Sequence record: PP456877.1
Direction: 5' to 3' (one strand)
DNA length: 64,000 nucleotides
Shown here: piece by piece, positions 46,347 through 56,650 of the stretch
Position numbering within the stretch: position 1 is the first letter of the stretch
Layout of the letters: the number at the start of each line of letters is the position of its first letter
Program-made: the position numbers and the translations under genes
The notes under the pieces: model-generated
Database searches by the model: none
What the model was told of the DNA's origin: nothing
What the model saw: the letters and a program-made list of their open reading frames with translations, nothing else

Positions 46347-48380
46347 CTATCGCAGTTTACCACCTTTAACTAGTAAGTCGTATGGATGGTCATTCCTCAT
46401 CTTGTTAAGGAAACTGCCTGGGTTATTTAGTGGCTCATGCTGCTTTTCGAAAGCCATCGCACCACCTAAACTACGACATTGCATTAGCCTATTATATTTT
46501 TCAAATTGGCCATTAATACCGGGTTTAGGTAAGCGATAGTCTCGATATTGAGCTGAACGGATCATCATAGCGTATATCAAGATCTCACAATGGGAAATAT
46601 TAAGGCTAATCTTTTCATTAGCCATTGTTGCAAATACAGGTAATGCTTCAATTGGCGACTTGTAGTTTTTAAGATACGTTTTAGACGTATATCCAACTTT
46701 CTCAGTGCTTAGTTTACCTGCCTCGGCTGAGTCACTACCGGAATGTAAGAAACTTTGGAATCGTTTCATTACTTCATACATGTTTACGTGCTTATTTGGT
46801 AGCGTCAAGAATGGTAGGTTAAAATCAAAACCACGAAGACTAATGACGATATTGTCTCGCTGATCTAGTTCCCAACGGACCATCTTAATATGCTTTAGCA
46901 TTTCAATAGATAGACTAGCCCTACGGTTATACAGTGATACTGTCAGAACATCGCCACACTCACCATTCACCTCATCATCATAGACTAGGGCCAGGCTGGT
47001 TAGTTCAGTAGCTGAAGTAGCTGGATATGCAGTAAGATCATCAATCATTAAAATGTCAGCAAGGTTTTCTGCCTCTGACCGTGCGATTACTAAACGATAA
47101 TCCTTCTGAGTAAGTTCTTTCTTTAGATATAGTGTCTCTGGGATTTCACCTGTTCTTAAATAATTGCTTTCAATTTTACCAAGTTTATATTGCTCTACAG
47201 CAGAAGATGCATCGGTGTGTTTAGTAGATAATACTGCTGAAGTAATTTTATCCCCCATCGATACAGCTGCAACCTGACCGATATTAGTTCCTTTTGGAAT
47301 ATTGATACCTAGTCGGCCATAACAAGTCATACAGATACCCTGGCTATCTGGATGATTGCATCCAAATACAGACCTGAATTTCTGTTTAGTTCCAATTAGG
47401 TGTGTTTCATTTCCACGGATCCAGTCTAGTTTACCATCTTCTTTTTGATAATATTTTCCTTTGAATGCTTTTAAAGTTAACTTAGTTACAGGATACTCAG
47501 CTAAGATTGTAGTCTTACAATCACCAGGATGTAGCCTTTGGACATATTGTGCAATAAGTTGAGATTTCCGGTTAAAGTATTCAGTTACTCGCAGTAGTTC
47601 TTTGTTATATAGTAGTGCTTTAGTACCTGAACGAGATTCAATCATATTCTCATACAGATTCCAAATACCATCAATATAGCCAGTCGTTACCGGATATTTA
47701 AAGATGTCTGAGTTAATATCAGTTGGGAAACCCCGCCAAGCAAATGCCTGTAGAAGCTGTTCAGTTTTCTGAGTACCAGAACGAAGACCTTCAATGATGC
47801 TATTACCAATGAATTGGGTAGGATCATTAAATACTTCTTTGACTTTACCATAACTAATTTTTTCGATACCATAAGTAGTTGGTTCGATATTATGGTTAGC
47901 CTCACGTACCTTGGGATGATTATATACTTCAGCAATATCAAACATTGACAAGGTCGCTAGATATTCAGACAGTTTCACAGTGGTCTGATTATACAGCCAG
48001 TTCTTACCTTCAATAGCCAGTTTAGATAATACTTCAGGATCTACTGTTTCACCTGACCAATCATAGATATTCCAAATAGCCTTATTTAAATGCTTGACCA
48101 TGGCTTTAGATGTTACTCGGCCACCTTCAACATTTAGATAATCTTTAGGATTATCAGTTAAGATGCGATTGAAATCGATATGGTGATCAGATGGGATTGG
48201 GCAATCTTTATAATGTTTAAGAGGATACCAACACAGAACGGATAATTTGGTAATACGGTCAACTGACACAACCGTTTTACCATCATCAAATTCGATTAGA
48301 TGCCATTCTGAAGGGAGTGACCATAAATCATCATAACTTAGATTTAGAAGATCACGTGCTTTATAACGATTAAGATTCAT
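46347..48380 (-). CDS. gp74: Non-virion RNAP beta-prime C-terminal subunit
   Basis: Recognised as phiKZ gp74. FRSVFGC..GICMTCYG Zn site and MGDKITSAVLSTKH trigger loop. Confidence 0.95.
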   Translation of the reverse strand: MNLNRYKARDLLNLSYDDLWSLPSEWHLIEFDDGKTVVSVDRITKLSVLCWYPLKHYKDCPIPSDHHIDFNRILTDNPKDYLNVEGGRVTSKAMVKHLNKAIWNIYDWSGETVDPEVLSKLAIEGKNWLYNQTTVKLSEYLATLSMFDIAEVYNHPKVREANHNIEPTTYGIEKISYGKVKEVFNDPTQFIGNSIIEGLRSGTQKTEQLLQAFAWRGFPTDINSDIFKYPVTTGYIDGIWNLYENMIESRSGTKALLYNKELLRVTEYFNRKSQLIAQYVQRLHPGDCKTTILAEYPVTKLTLKAFKGKYYQKEDGKLDWIRGNETHLIGTKQKFRSVFGCNHPDSQGICMTCYGRLGINIPKGTNIGQVAAVSMGDKITSAVLSTKHTDASSAVEQYKLGKIESNYLRTGEIPETLYLKKELTQKDYRLVIARSEAENLADILMIDDLTAYPATSATELTSLALVYDDEVNGECGDVLTVSLYNRRASLSIEMLKHIKMVRWELDQRDNIVISLRGFDFNLPFLTLPNKHVNMYEVMKRFQSFLHSGSDSAEAGKLSTEKVGYTSKTYLKNYKSPIEALPVFATMANEKISLNISHCEILIYAMMIRSAQYRDYRLPKPGINGQFEKYNRLMQCRSLGGAMAFEKQHEPLNNPGSFLNKMRNDHPYDLLVKGGKLR

Positions 48381-48410
48381 TATTTACCTCTTGTATTATT
48401 AAACCCCTGA

Positions 48411-50513
48411 TCAATGATCAGGGGCATATTCTAATGCAATACCACTACATTCAAGCAGGTGATCAAACATAGCTACTGGACGAGATCCACCAAATGGGAT
48501 CTTTTCACGATCAACTGCAACTGGTACAGATGAAGGTTTTTCTGCTGTTAGCCAAGACTCAATAACCGCAGCATGTGCCAATGGGTTATTAGTTTGGTCT
48601 AAGATTTCAGCAGTCGGACCTGGACCAACTGTACAGTTATATGACCGAGTTTCAGATTCACCGAATGACCGGATAGCTGTTTCTCGACCAGGAGTGCTAG
48701 CCCTATCAGCATTGTTTAACTTAGAAGGTAGACCAAATGGTTGTGTTTTTACAGATGCTGCTGCTGACCAGTCTTCACCAATCTTTTCTAGTAGCATCAT
48801 GTAAAGTGGACCCATTAAGACATTGTCTTTAGTTGTTACCCACTTACCAGCTTGATCTCGATAAGATACCTTTCCATAGTGTGGTCGATACTTATCGCTA
48901 TTAATTAATTTGTTGACTGCTGCCATTAGATCCACTGGATCATCAACTGGTGCGTAGATATATGGGAATCCATCCATTAGTACTGTTTTAACATGTTCTG
49001 CTGGATTTGGGTGTTCCATCATTTTACTATGCATTGTTGGAGCAATGATCTCATAGAAACCTAATAGTTCTTTAAATGCATAATCAACCCATTGGGTGTT
49101 ACTCATTACACTATTTAGCTGTTGCTGGGTTGGTTTAGCATGTCGATCTAGTCCAGCTTCAACGCGTAGGCGTTGAGCTAGATCTCGTGCAGCTGCGCCA
49201 AAACCATGTTCATAAATTCGACCATAATTTGAACGACGCATAGTTGAACCACCAAAGATAATTAGATCTGCCCTATTACCATTTTCGTCAATAGGCATAT
49301 CTTCATCTTCCATTACCTTACAGATAACTCCCTTCCCTCCATGAAAATCAGTCATCTTAAAAGCACCAGCTGGCATCTTCTGAGCTTTATAGGTTACTTC
49401 AACTCGCCATTCATCCAGTGGATCTAGTCGATAGAATCGAGATAGTTTACGGACATTATCAGGTTGAGGTAGGAACATCTGTGCAGTTACAATAAGACGT
49501 TCAAATTCCTCAGTGATATGTAGATCATCTTTACGACGTGCTAATAGACCACGATAAATCTTTAATAGTTCTCGATAATAACTGCTAAGATGAGTATGAT
49601 ATTTAACTAATTGTGCATCCATCCCTGTTGGAGTGGGTGATGGATTTACACGCTCATCTCGCCAGATATCAATATCAATAACCTTCGCACCAGGTGTGCC
49701 AATAACAGCTCTATCGAAAGTTCTATCTAGTGTACGAAGTGCCCTAGGAGTCATCTCGGCAGGAGCTAGATCATCATCATGGTCACGGATGGCGAAGATT
49801 ACGCCATCTGGTCGGATAACATCACCAATGTCTGGGAATGGTTTATAGACCTTATCATCGCCATACATGTTTAAGAAGAAAGCTTTCCTACCAGCATTAG
49901 CTACAGCCGTGCTATAACTAGTTGGCATCATCCTTTTAAGGAAATTCTTATTAGCTACGAATCCATCTTCAATGGTACCAGCGGCAGATAGGAATACAAC
50001 ATTAGCATTAACACCCATCCCTAAAGTACCGTCTTTCTTAACTGCACCAGACTGTGCAATCACTGTGTCTTTAGAGAACATTTCATTTGGGGCAATGGTT
50101 TCCCACACTTCTCGATTCTTTACAAGTTCATAACCAAAGTCTTGGTGATGACTCATGTACTCGGGAACATGTAAGACACCAATGGTTTTATATTTGTCAA
50201 AATAGTTTTCGTAGATAATAGTTGTTACCGGGTTAGATCTAATACTGTCTTTACCAATACCCGTTGGATATTTTCTAAGAACATGTAGTACACGACAATC
50301 CTCAGGAAAACGAATATCATGTGTATACTTGGCATACTCTAATTCAGCACCCGTTAGGAAATAACGCGATTCATTTCCATTTACTTCTGGTGCCTGGCCA
50401 ATATGTGTTACAAACATAGCACCCCGTGCAGATGAGGTAGTGCCATACCAAGGATCTAAACCAGTATGCCCTAATAGGGTTAGATCAATTTCACGTTTAC
50501 CTAGTTCAGCCAT
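48411..50513 (-). CDS. gp71-73: Non-virion RNAP beta C-terminal subunit, uninterrupted allele
   Basis: 700 aa. AFKMTDFHGGKGVI, ADLIIFGGSTMRRSNYG and SFGESE are RpoB-like motifs. Confidence 0.95.
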   Translation of the reverse strand: MAELGKREIDLTLLGHTGLDPWYGTTSSARGAMFVTHIGQAPEVNGNESRYFLTGAELEYAKYTHDIRFPEDCRVLHVLRKYPTGIGKDSIRSNPVTTIIYENYFDKYKTIGVLHVPEYMSHHQDFGYELVKNREVWETIAPNEMFSKDTVIAQSGAVKKDGTLGMGVNANVVFLSAAGTIEDGFVANKNFLKRMMPTSYSTAVANAGRKAFFLNMYGDDKVYKPFPDIGDVIRPDGVIFAIRDHDDDLAPAEMTPRALRTLDRTFDRAVIGTPGAKVIDIDIWRDERVNPSPTPTGMDAQLVKYHTHLSSYYRELLKIYRGLLARRKDDLHITEEFERLIVTAQMFLPQPDNVRKLSRFYRLDPLDEWRVEVTYKAQKMPAGAFKMTDFHGGKGVICKVMEDEDMPIDENGNRADLIIFGGSTMRRSNYGRIYEHGFGAAARDLAQRLRVEAGLDRHAKPTQQQLNSVMSNTQWVDYAFKELLGFYEIIAPTMHSKMMEHPNPAEHVKTVLMDGFPYIYAPVDDPVDLMAAVNKLINSDKYRPHYGKVSYRDQAGKWVTTKDNVLMGPLYMMLLEKIGEDWSAAASVKTQPFGLPSKLNNADRASTPGRETAIRSFGESETRSYNCTVGPGPTAEILDQTNNPLAHAAVIESWLTAEKPSSVPVAVDREKIPFGGSRPVAMFDHLLECSGIALEYAPDH

Positions 50514-50651
50514 TTTGTTTATCACCATTAATTAGACAAGATGCAGTACTACTATATTTCTTATTTGCGCTGTTTTTAGATATAGCCTTTTGTAAGACTT
50601 CAATGTCTGGTATCACCAATCTCATACCTCCTGTTTACTAATTACAAATCA

Positions 50652-50680
50652 ATGATATAGATCTTAAATAAAATTTATTG
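50652..50680 (-). promoter_or_regulatory. Early-promoter variant upstream of gp71-73
   Basis: AGATCTATATCAT, compared with AGATCTATATTAC at 55731. Confidence 0.5.
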
Positions 50681-51052
50681 GAATTTATTATGGCATTCAC
50701 ACTGTTAGCTAATCAGCCAGATTCAGGTGAATCTGTTTATTATGAACCAGGGTTCAGATTAATTATTGAGACTCATTTGAATATCTTACGTAATGTCAGA
50801 TCCACACGTATTCAGATTCCACCTGAACTGTATTACCAGTTCGAAGGAAACTTTTATGGATACATGGCAGAACGCCGTGTCAATCCTGATATGTGGTGGA
50901 TTCAAATGCGTGTTAATGGTTTAGTTAGCCCTTATGATTTTGGTAAAGTTCTAAGGGATCCTTCAGCTAATGATTACACCAGTTATTTAATCATACCGAA
51001 TAACGACATGATTCAACACCTCGTTAGCTTATATCAAACTAAAAAGTTTTAA
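50678..51052 (+). CDS. Small protein, possible T4 gp53/P2 gpX-like baseplate wedge (start probably 50690)
   Basis: DMWWIQMRVNGLVSPYDF..LIIP resembles the LWWxIxxxNxIxDP LysM-like motif. Confidence 0.55.
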   Translation: MEFIMAFTLLANQPDSGESVYYEPGFRLIIETHLNILRNVRSTRIQIPPELYYQFEGNFYGYMAERRVNPDMWWIQMRVNGLVSPYDFGKVLRDPSANDYTSYLIIPNNDMIQHLVSLYQTKKF

Positions 51053-51093
51053 AGCAAGCCAGGGGACCCTTAGGCCCCCTGGTTTATGCCGTG

Positions 51094-52485
51094 TTACAGT
51101 AGACGACCCATCATTTGGTTTCCACCTAGATTCATCATCGCAGTGTTACCATTGCCAGCTAGAGAGGGGTTTAGTGCTTGTGCAAATCCACCACCCATCG
51201 GCATTTGATTGCCCATGAGCTGCATCATCTGCGGATGCATATTAGCCATCATTGGTTGCTGTGGCTGCATCATCCCAGGCATTGCAAAGTTATTGTTCAT
51301 CATAACAGGTTGTTGCATCATTCCGGGTTGAGCAAATTGGTTTTTCTGCCCAGCGTTTAGAAGATCTTGGATAGATGCTTTATTGCTAGTTTGAACTTGT
51401 TGTGCGGGACGTTGAGGTGCCTGAGTCATTGCTACAGCTTGACTCATAGATGGATTAACATTCACAGTTGTGCCTACTGGTACACGTGTAGAAGTAGTTT
51501 GTTCTTTAGCAGTATTACCCACTTTAACTACACTATCCTTTTTCTGGACAGGAATTTGGGCAACTGGGTTTACAGTTTCAGAAGCTTCTTCTTCTACTTC
51601 ATTGCTGACTCCTTCATTACCATCAAGAGAGGGGATCTCACGTTGCATCTTTGCAAAATCAGCAATCACCTTCTCATCAACTTTTGAATAAGGTTGAATA
51701 GCATCATCGAAGATCAGGCGATACTTATCAATAACACTATTTAGTTGAGTAGTGATTTTGTTAAATGCCTGGATAAGACATACAAAATAAGGTGCTACCC
51801 GCTCAACTGTTCCTGCTGAATATTCAGTTGGTGAATCACCAAATGGTACAACTAGTTTAAATAGTTCGATTAGAACTGGCCGCTGTTTCTTAGGTACATT
51901 TACTCCAAGGATATCATCTTTAGAATAAAGATCCTCTACGATAGGGAACCGAATAACGCAGATACGGTTAACTGTCTTCCCATCAAATTTACCATTTGCT
52001 TTTAGATACACGCTTACAAAACGTGAACGTTTTTCAGCAGCTTTGACAACCTTATTAAACCACTCAATGGTATCTGGCTTAGCACCGGATAGTTTCTTTA
52101 GGAAGTCTGAACATTCTGGTGGAATGTCTTTATGCAGAGTGGAGTCGGCAGCTACTTCTAAAATACGTGAAGTAAGATACTTCACAGTAAACATTAGATT
52201 AGCCTTAACTTGACGCTGCATATGCTGTAGTACTTGAGAAGTACCTAGCCGAGAGATCTTTTCAGATAGCGGGTGGAAGGCGATGTAATCATCGCCTAGC
52301 CCTTTACGAAGCCAATCTTTAGTAGGTACCACTAGTCGCTTACCATCTACCTTTGCAGGTGCAGGTCGACCAAGTGGATCGAGAATACTGATCATATCCT
52401 CTTCACCTACTTTGTATCGGAAAGCAGGTAATACTTGATCACTATAGAACTTGGAAAGAGAAATCGTAGGCATTGTTATCACCAA
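51094..52485 (-). CDS. gp70: Conserved protein with M/Q/N/G-rich tail (gp70; alternative start 52473)
   Basis: Synteny between gp69 and gp71. Low-complexity C-terminus. Confidence 0.8.
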   Translation of the reverse strand: MVITMPTISLSKFYSDQVLPAFRYKVGEEDMISILDPLGRPAPAKVDGKRLVVPTKDWLRKGLGDDYIAFHPLSEKISRLGTSQVLQHMQRQVKANLMFTVKYLTSRILEVAADSTLHKDIPPECSDFLKKLSGAKPDTIEWFNKVVKAAEKRSRFVSVYLKANGKFDGKTVNRICVIRFPIVEDLYSKDDILGVNVPKKQRPVLIELFKLVVPFGDSPTEYSAGTVERVAPYFVCLIQAFNKITTQLNSVIDKYRLIFDDAIQPYSKVDEKVIADFAKMQREIPSLDGNEGVSNEVEEEASETVNPVAQIPVQKKDSVVKVGNTAKEQTTSTRVPVGTTVNVNPSMSQAVAMTQAPQRPAQQVQTSNKASIQDLLNAGQKNQFAQPGMMQQPVMMNNNFAMPGMMQPQQPMMANMHPQMMQLMGNQMPMGGGFAQALNPSLAGNGNTAMMNLGGNQMMGRLL

Positions 52486-54115
52486 ATTTAGGATTGATTT
52501 GAGCAGGTTGAGCTACAGGATGCTGATACGGTTGCATGTTAACCGGCTGACCACTACTGTTTAGAATGTTTTGTTGAGTCTTAGTGGGGATAACATTCTT
52601 AACAAGATAGGTAAGGTCATTAGAGATCATAGCCGGTGCAGATGCGTCCCGAGTGATGACTGGACTAAACAGACTATCAATGAAGGTCGGTGCGATGAAT
52701 CGTTCTACCGATTCATGATTTAGACTGATATCAATAACAGTATCACCAGCTAAGTCAGAGTGCATGGAGATTTTAAACGGAATCTGGTTACCATAAGAGA
52801 TACTGTTAATCGCATCGGTAATGAGACGACGTTCAAAGTCATTGATCTGAGGAGTCATATCAATTCCATCCATGATACTCCTGGTACCATTTGGATGCAT
52901 TTCGAATAGATAGTTATTCGCTCCATGTCCATTTGTAATTGCAAAGGAGGTTACCCGGAAATAGTTATCCATCATGATTGCTGGAACTACTTGTGCAAGT
53001 AGAGATGCTGCAACAGTGTGATGATCTGCACCACCCCAATGCATGGAATGCTCTGCTCGGTTAACGAAGCGTTGAGAATTACCATTATCCATACCAGCTT
53101 TAACTACACCATCAACCAGTAGTTCAGGGAATACTCGTTGTAGGTCAGCCAGTGTAACAAAGCCACGTTCCATGTAATTGCAGCGTTCTTTTAGAATGCG
53201 CATGAACATATTGGAATGGATATCTTGATTTCGAAGTACAGCAGATGCATCACCTAGCATCACTTCATCAGAGACACCTCCAAAGATATTATCGTTATCA
53301 TTATTAGCCATCTCAGCTTCTTTAACAGAATGCTGCCATGCATTAAGAGTACTAGATAGATAACGAGTAGGAGAAGTATCGCGGCGATTTGAATATTGGA
53401 AAGTACCTGCTTCACCAACACTGGAGCGTTGATCAATGATCCGGTCAAATACGCCTTGATGTAGTCCAGTTGATTCAATGCGTTTAGCTACTTGCATCGT
53501 TTGCTGGATCTGGAAAACATCTTCTGGTCGTTGGAGATATGATGAAGTTCCAGTATACATGCTAAACCCGTTCTGAGGGATAGTAATATCACTCATGATA
53601 TCGACGGGCGCAAGGATCTGGTTAGAACCTAGGATATGTGCTTGTTTGACTACACCGAACTCAGTTGGTCGTTGGCGCTCTACAATAACAGTTTCACTAT
53701 TAAAATAGATACGCATGTTAGGATCTAGACTATTGCTAAGCGGACTAATAGAGCAATGGTCAGAGCAACCAAATAGAATCCGGCAAGTACGGGTATTACC
53801 AAAGAAACGGTTATTCTCCCATACTTTCATCATGAACCTAAACCGGCGCTCACCCCAACCATTGACGATAGGGACTTCACCTTGAGTTTGAGCACGTGGT
53901 GCAATCACATCAGCTGCAATTTGCTGCACAGCTGCAACACCTAGATTACGACCATCATTAGTTGCTTCTTTTAAACGTTCAATAGAGTTCTCAGTGACCT
54001 CTACCGTAAATGGTCGAACATGCTCAGGTTGATAAGTACCAGTCTGTACTAGAATGAATGATTCAATCTGTACTTCAGTATTACCACCCATTGCTGAATT
54101 ATTAAAACCTAACAT
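52442..54115 (-). CDS. picA: Phage-nucleus import factor PicA/Imp1 (gp69)
   Basis: 557 aa directly downstream of gp68, the conserved gp68-gp69 arrangement of chimalliviruses. Confidence 0.8.
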   Translation of the reverse strand: MLGFNNSAMGGNTEVQIESFILVQTGTYQPEHVRPFTVEVTENSIERLKEATNDGRNLGVAAVQQIAADVIAPRAQTQGEVPIVNGWGERRFRFMMKVWENNRFFGNTRTCRILFGCSDHCSISPLSNSLDPNMRIYFNSETVIVERQRPTEFGVVKQAHILGSNQILAPVDIMSDITIPQNGFSMYTGTSSYLQRPEDVFQIQQTMQVAKRIESTGLHQGVFDRIIDQRSSVGEAGTFQYSNRRDTSPTRYLSSTLNAWQHSVKEAEMANNDNDNIFGGVSDEVMLGDASAVLRNQDIHSNMFMRILKERCNYMERGFVTLADLQRVFPELLVDGVVKAGMDNGNSQRFVNRAEHSMHWGGADHHTVAASLLAQVVPAIMMDNYFRVTSFAITNGHGANNYLFEMHPNGTRSIMDGIDMTPQINDFERRLITDAINSISYGNQIPFKISMHSDLAGDTVIDISLNHESVERFIAPTFIDSLFSPVITRDASAPAMISNDLTYLVKNVIPTKTQQNILNSSGQPVNMQPYQHPVAQPAQINPKFGDNNAYDFSFQVL

Positions 54116-54131
54116 AGAACTACCTCAATTA

Positions 54132-55697
54132 TTACTGATTAAGTTTACCCAGATGAATTACCAGTTCGGTGATCACCGACTTAATTGTGGCCGGTACAAC
54201 AAGGACTTTATTCTGAGTTACCTGTTCTGCTTCTTTGAATAAACGATCGGGTCCATGATAGATCCAGTTACTAGATCTAATGGATGCATGTGCAGATTGC
54301 ACAGCAATGCCCGCAATATTTACAGGTGCTACTGGAACACCGTTAATAGCTCGTTGTTGTCGCTGATGTGGATAAAGTTCATCCATCACATCCTTATATT
54401 TAATTTGAATACGTGTACTATTACGTGGTTGAATGGACATTGCATGATCACCACTATAATACAACTCTACTTGCATAAATACAGCAACTTGTTGGAAACC
54501 CCAATGCCACATTAGTGACTGAGCTGCTGCCAACAAATGGTTAACTGCATTTTTATTAATGTGGCTGAATGCTCTTGCAGGGAAAGCTTTGTGCATTACC
54601 CATTGCGCAAGTAATATCTGGTGTGGATAGATATCTTTAGTAGCTGTAACTGCAACGCAATCTAGACATTCCTGAATTAACTCTAGTGGGACAGTGTCAT
54701 CGATTTTGTGAACAAGTTTAACTACATCAAGAGCATCTAAGTTATAAGCTACGATATCACCAGGAGTAACTCGCTGTTTAGTTTTATGCGATTCGATAAA
54801 TGATGTTTTATCATCATCATCAATACCACCTTTATCTGGCCGTTTATCATTAACCCGGTCAGCAGTTGATCGTTCCGCAGGGTTTAGATTTGACTTAACA
54901 TATCTAAACATATTTGAAACGATGGAATGTGAGGTGGCATCATTTAATGGCAGGATGGTTAATCGCCTAACCATAACTTTAGCCTGTAAGATATCCGGCA
55001 CTTCAGCTGAACTCATACCTCTATAAAGGTTGGCTAAGGTGGGTGCTTCATCTTCTACACAAAACTTAACATATGCACTTAGCTTATCATAAGCTGTTTC
55101 TACTGGAGTTCCATCGATTGATATTTCATCAACAGGCCAATGGTTAACCTCACAATCCGAGATGAGACTAATTACTTCACACTCTTTATGCATTTCCTGA
55201 GAAGTGCCCTGATCAATAAACTCGCCCCAAATAGGTACTAAAGGACGAAGAGCTAGTGATACAGATGCAAGGTTAATATAGTCATGTTTCAGATATGTTT
55301 GATCTGGTCGATTATATCGTGAATCATCAGTGATAACTTCTTCAATATCTACTGGAATATAAAGTTTACCAATAGTTAGTAGCCATCGCCGAAAACTATT
55401 CATCGGCATGGCTTTATACATCTCTTTGATGTAATAGGATAGACTCATTGCAATCCTCATCGGATCCATAGCCATATCCATGATCTTACGAATTTCTACA
55501 TAACAATTCCAGATATGTTGTTGTGTCTCAGCACTTAGGCCACTCCAATAATCATTGATTTCTTGGAATACTCGTTGTTGATCTTGTACACGGATTTTAC
55601 TATAAGCCGTAGTTGTCCAAGTTAAACGTTTACCATTGTGCTCTGTAGCCACTTCAGTAAAACCAGTACCTTGAACTCCTGTAACGATGATTTGCAT
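54132..55697 (-). CDS. gp68: Non-virion RNAP promoter-specificity subunit
   Basis: 521 aa from MQIIVTG, recognised as near-identical to phiKZ gp68. Confidence 0.95.
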   Translation of the reverse strand: MQIIVTGVQGTGFTEVATEHNGKRLTWTTTAYSKIRVQDQQRVFQEINDYWSGLSAETQQHIWNCYVEIRKIMDMAMDPMRIAMSLSYYIKEMYKAMPMNSFRRWLLTIGKLYIPVDIEEVITDDSRYNRPDQTYLKHDYINLASVSLALRPLVPIWGEFIDQGTSQEMHKECEVISLISDCEVNHWPVDEISIDGTPVETAYDKLSAYVKFCVEDEAPTLANLYRGMSSAEVPDILQAKVMVRRLTILPLNDATSHSIVSNMFRYVKSNLNPAERSTADRVNDKRPDKGGIDDDDKTSFIESHKTKQRVTPGDIVAYNLDALDVVKLVHKIDDTVPLELIQECLDCVAVTATKDIYPHQILLAQWVMHKAFPARAFSHINKNAVNHLLAAAQSLMWHWGFQQVAVFMQVELYYSGDHAMSIQPRNSTRIQIKYKDVMDELYPHQRQQRAINGVPVAPVNIAGIAVQSAHASIRSSNWIYHGPDRLFKEAEQVTQNKVLVVPATIKSVITELVIHLGKLNQ

Positions 55698-55730
55698 TTT
55701 AACCTCTTTTACCAATGTAGATACATGTTA

Positions 55731-55756
55731 GTAATATAGATCTCAAATTTTTTTTA
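55731..55756 (-). promoter_or_regulatory. phiKZ-type early promoter for gp68-gp69
   Basis: TATATTAC at 55731-55738. Confidence 0.8.
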
Positions 55757-55822
55757 GTATAACGGCATTTAGTACTGAGGGCATATCGGTGCCTACTTCG
55801 AGAGTAAGCACCGAAATATGTT

Positions 55823-56563
55823 TTAGAAGGAAGGCATATCCTCATCAAAAGCTGAGTCATTATAACTATTATTAGCCGGCTTAGCATAACTATTATTGCC
55901 GCCGTTGTTATAGTTATTGCGCTGACCACCGTTATTGTAACCGCCGCTATTACCATTACCCTGATTGAAATTAGCAGGGTTAGATACACCTTTAGCATCT
56001 GGATCGAATTCAGTTACTAGAAGATGCATTACTAGTTTATATGCGGGGTCTAGGAAACCGTATGCATAAGCATCGGACATTTCCTTAGGTGATAGTTGAC
56101 TACCATCTGCTTTGCGGATATCATGGAATTGGGATGGGCCAAAGAAGAATTTGATCTTTGGACGATCAGGTTGAGTGCTTAGCACTGCGATGTAAATTCG
56201 ACCATCTTGTGCACGGCCAACATGTAGCTTAGAAAGCTCAATAAAATTATCACGCTTCTTACCAGCTACGAAGTTATTGCGGTAAACAAAGACACGTTCA
56301 GTATCTTCAGTTTTACCTTCAATTAAGTCCATTGCAAACTTAATGAAACATGCAAAGGTTGCTAGGTCAGTATTGAACTCAATTTTACCATGGTCTTTAT
56401 CACCAGGTACATTAGTACGAACAGTAACCCGTGGTTGGTTTTTAAACAGACCAAAACGCAGCGTCGGTCGTTTTTGAGAACCCTCACATGGTTTGGCATG
56501 TAGCCAAGTATTCATTACATTAAAAGGGTTAACTACGGGTGCATTAGACTGCTGTTGTGACAT
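55823..56563 (-). CDS. SSB-like protein with acidic C-terminal tip (gp67)
   Basis: Folded N-terminal domain, G/N-rich linker, ends DSAFDEDMPSF. Confidence 0.65.
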   Translation of the reverse strand: MSQQQSNAPVVNPFNVMNTWLHAKPCEGSQKRPTLRFGLFKNQPRVTVRTNVPGDKDHGKIEFNTDLATFACFIKFAMDLIEGKTEDTERVFVYRNNFVAGKKRDNFIELSKLHVGRAQDGRIYIAVLSTQPDRPKIKFFFGPSQFHDIRKADGSQLSPKEMSDAYAYGFLDPAYKLVMHLLVTEFDPDAKGVSNPANFNQGNGNSGGYNNGGQRNNYNNGGNNSYAKPANNSYNDSAFDEDMPSF

Positions 56564-56650
56564 GATGTGATAACTCCAAATTAAAACTAGATTCTTTTTA
56601 ACTAGATGGGAAATGATTTCTACGTAATATTATCGCAACAAGTATTTCTT

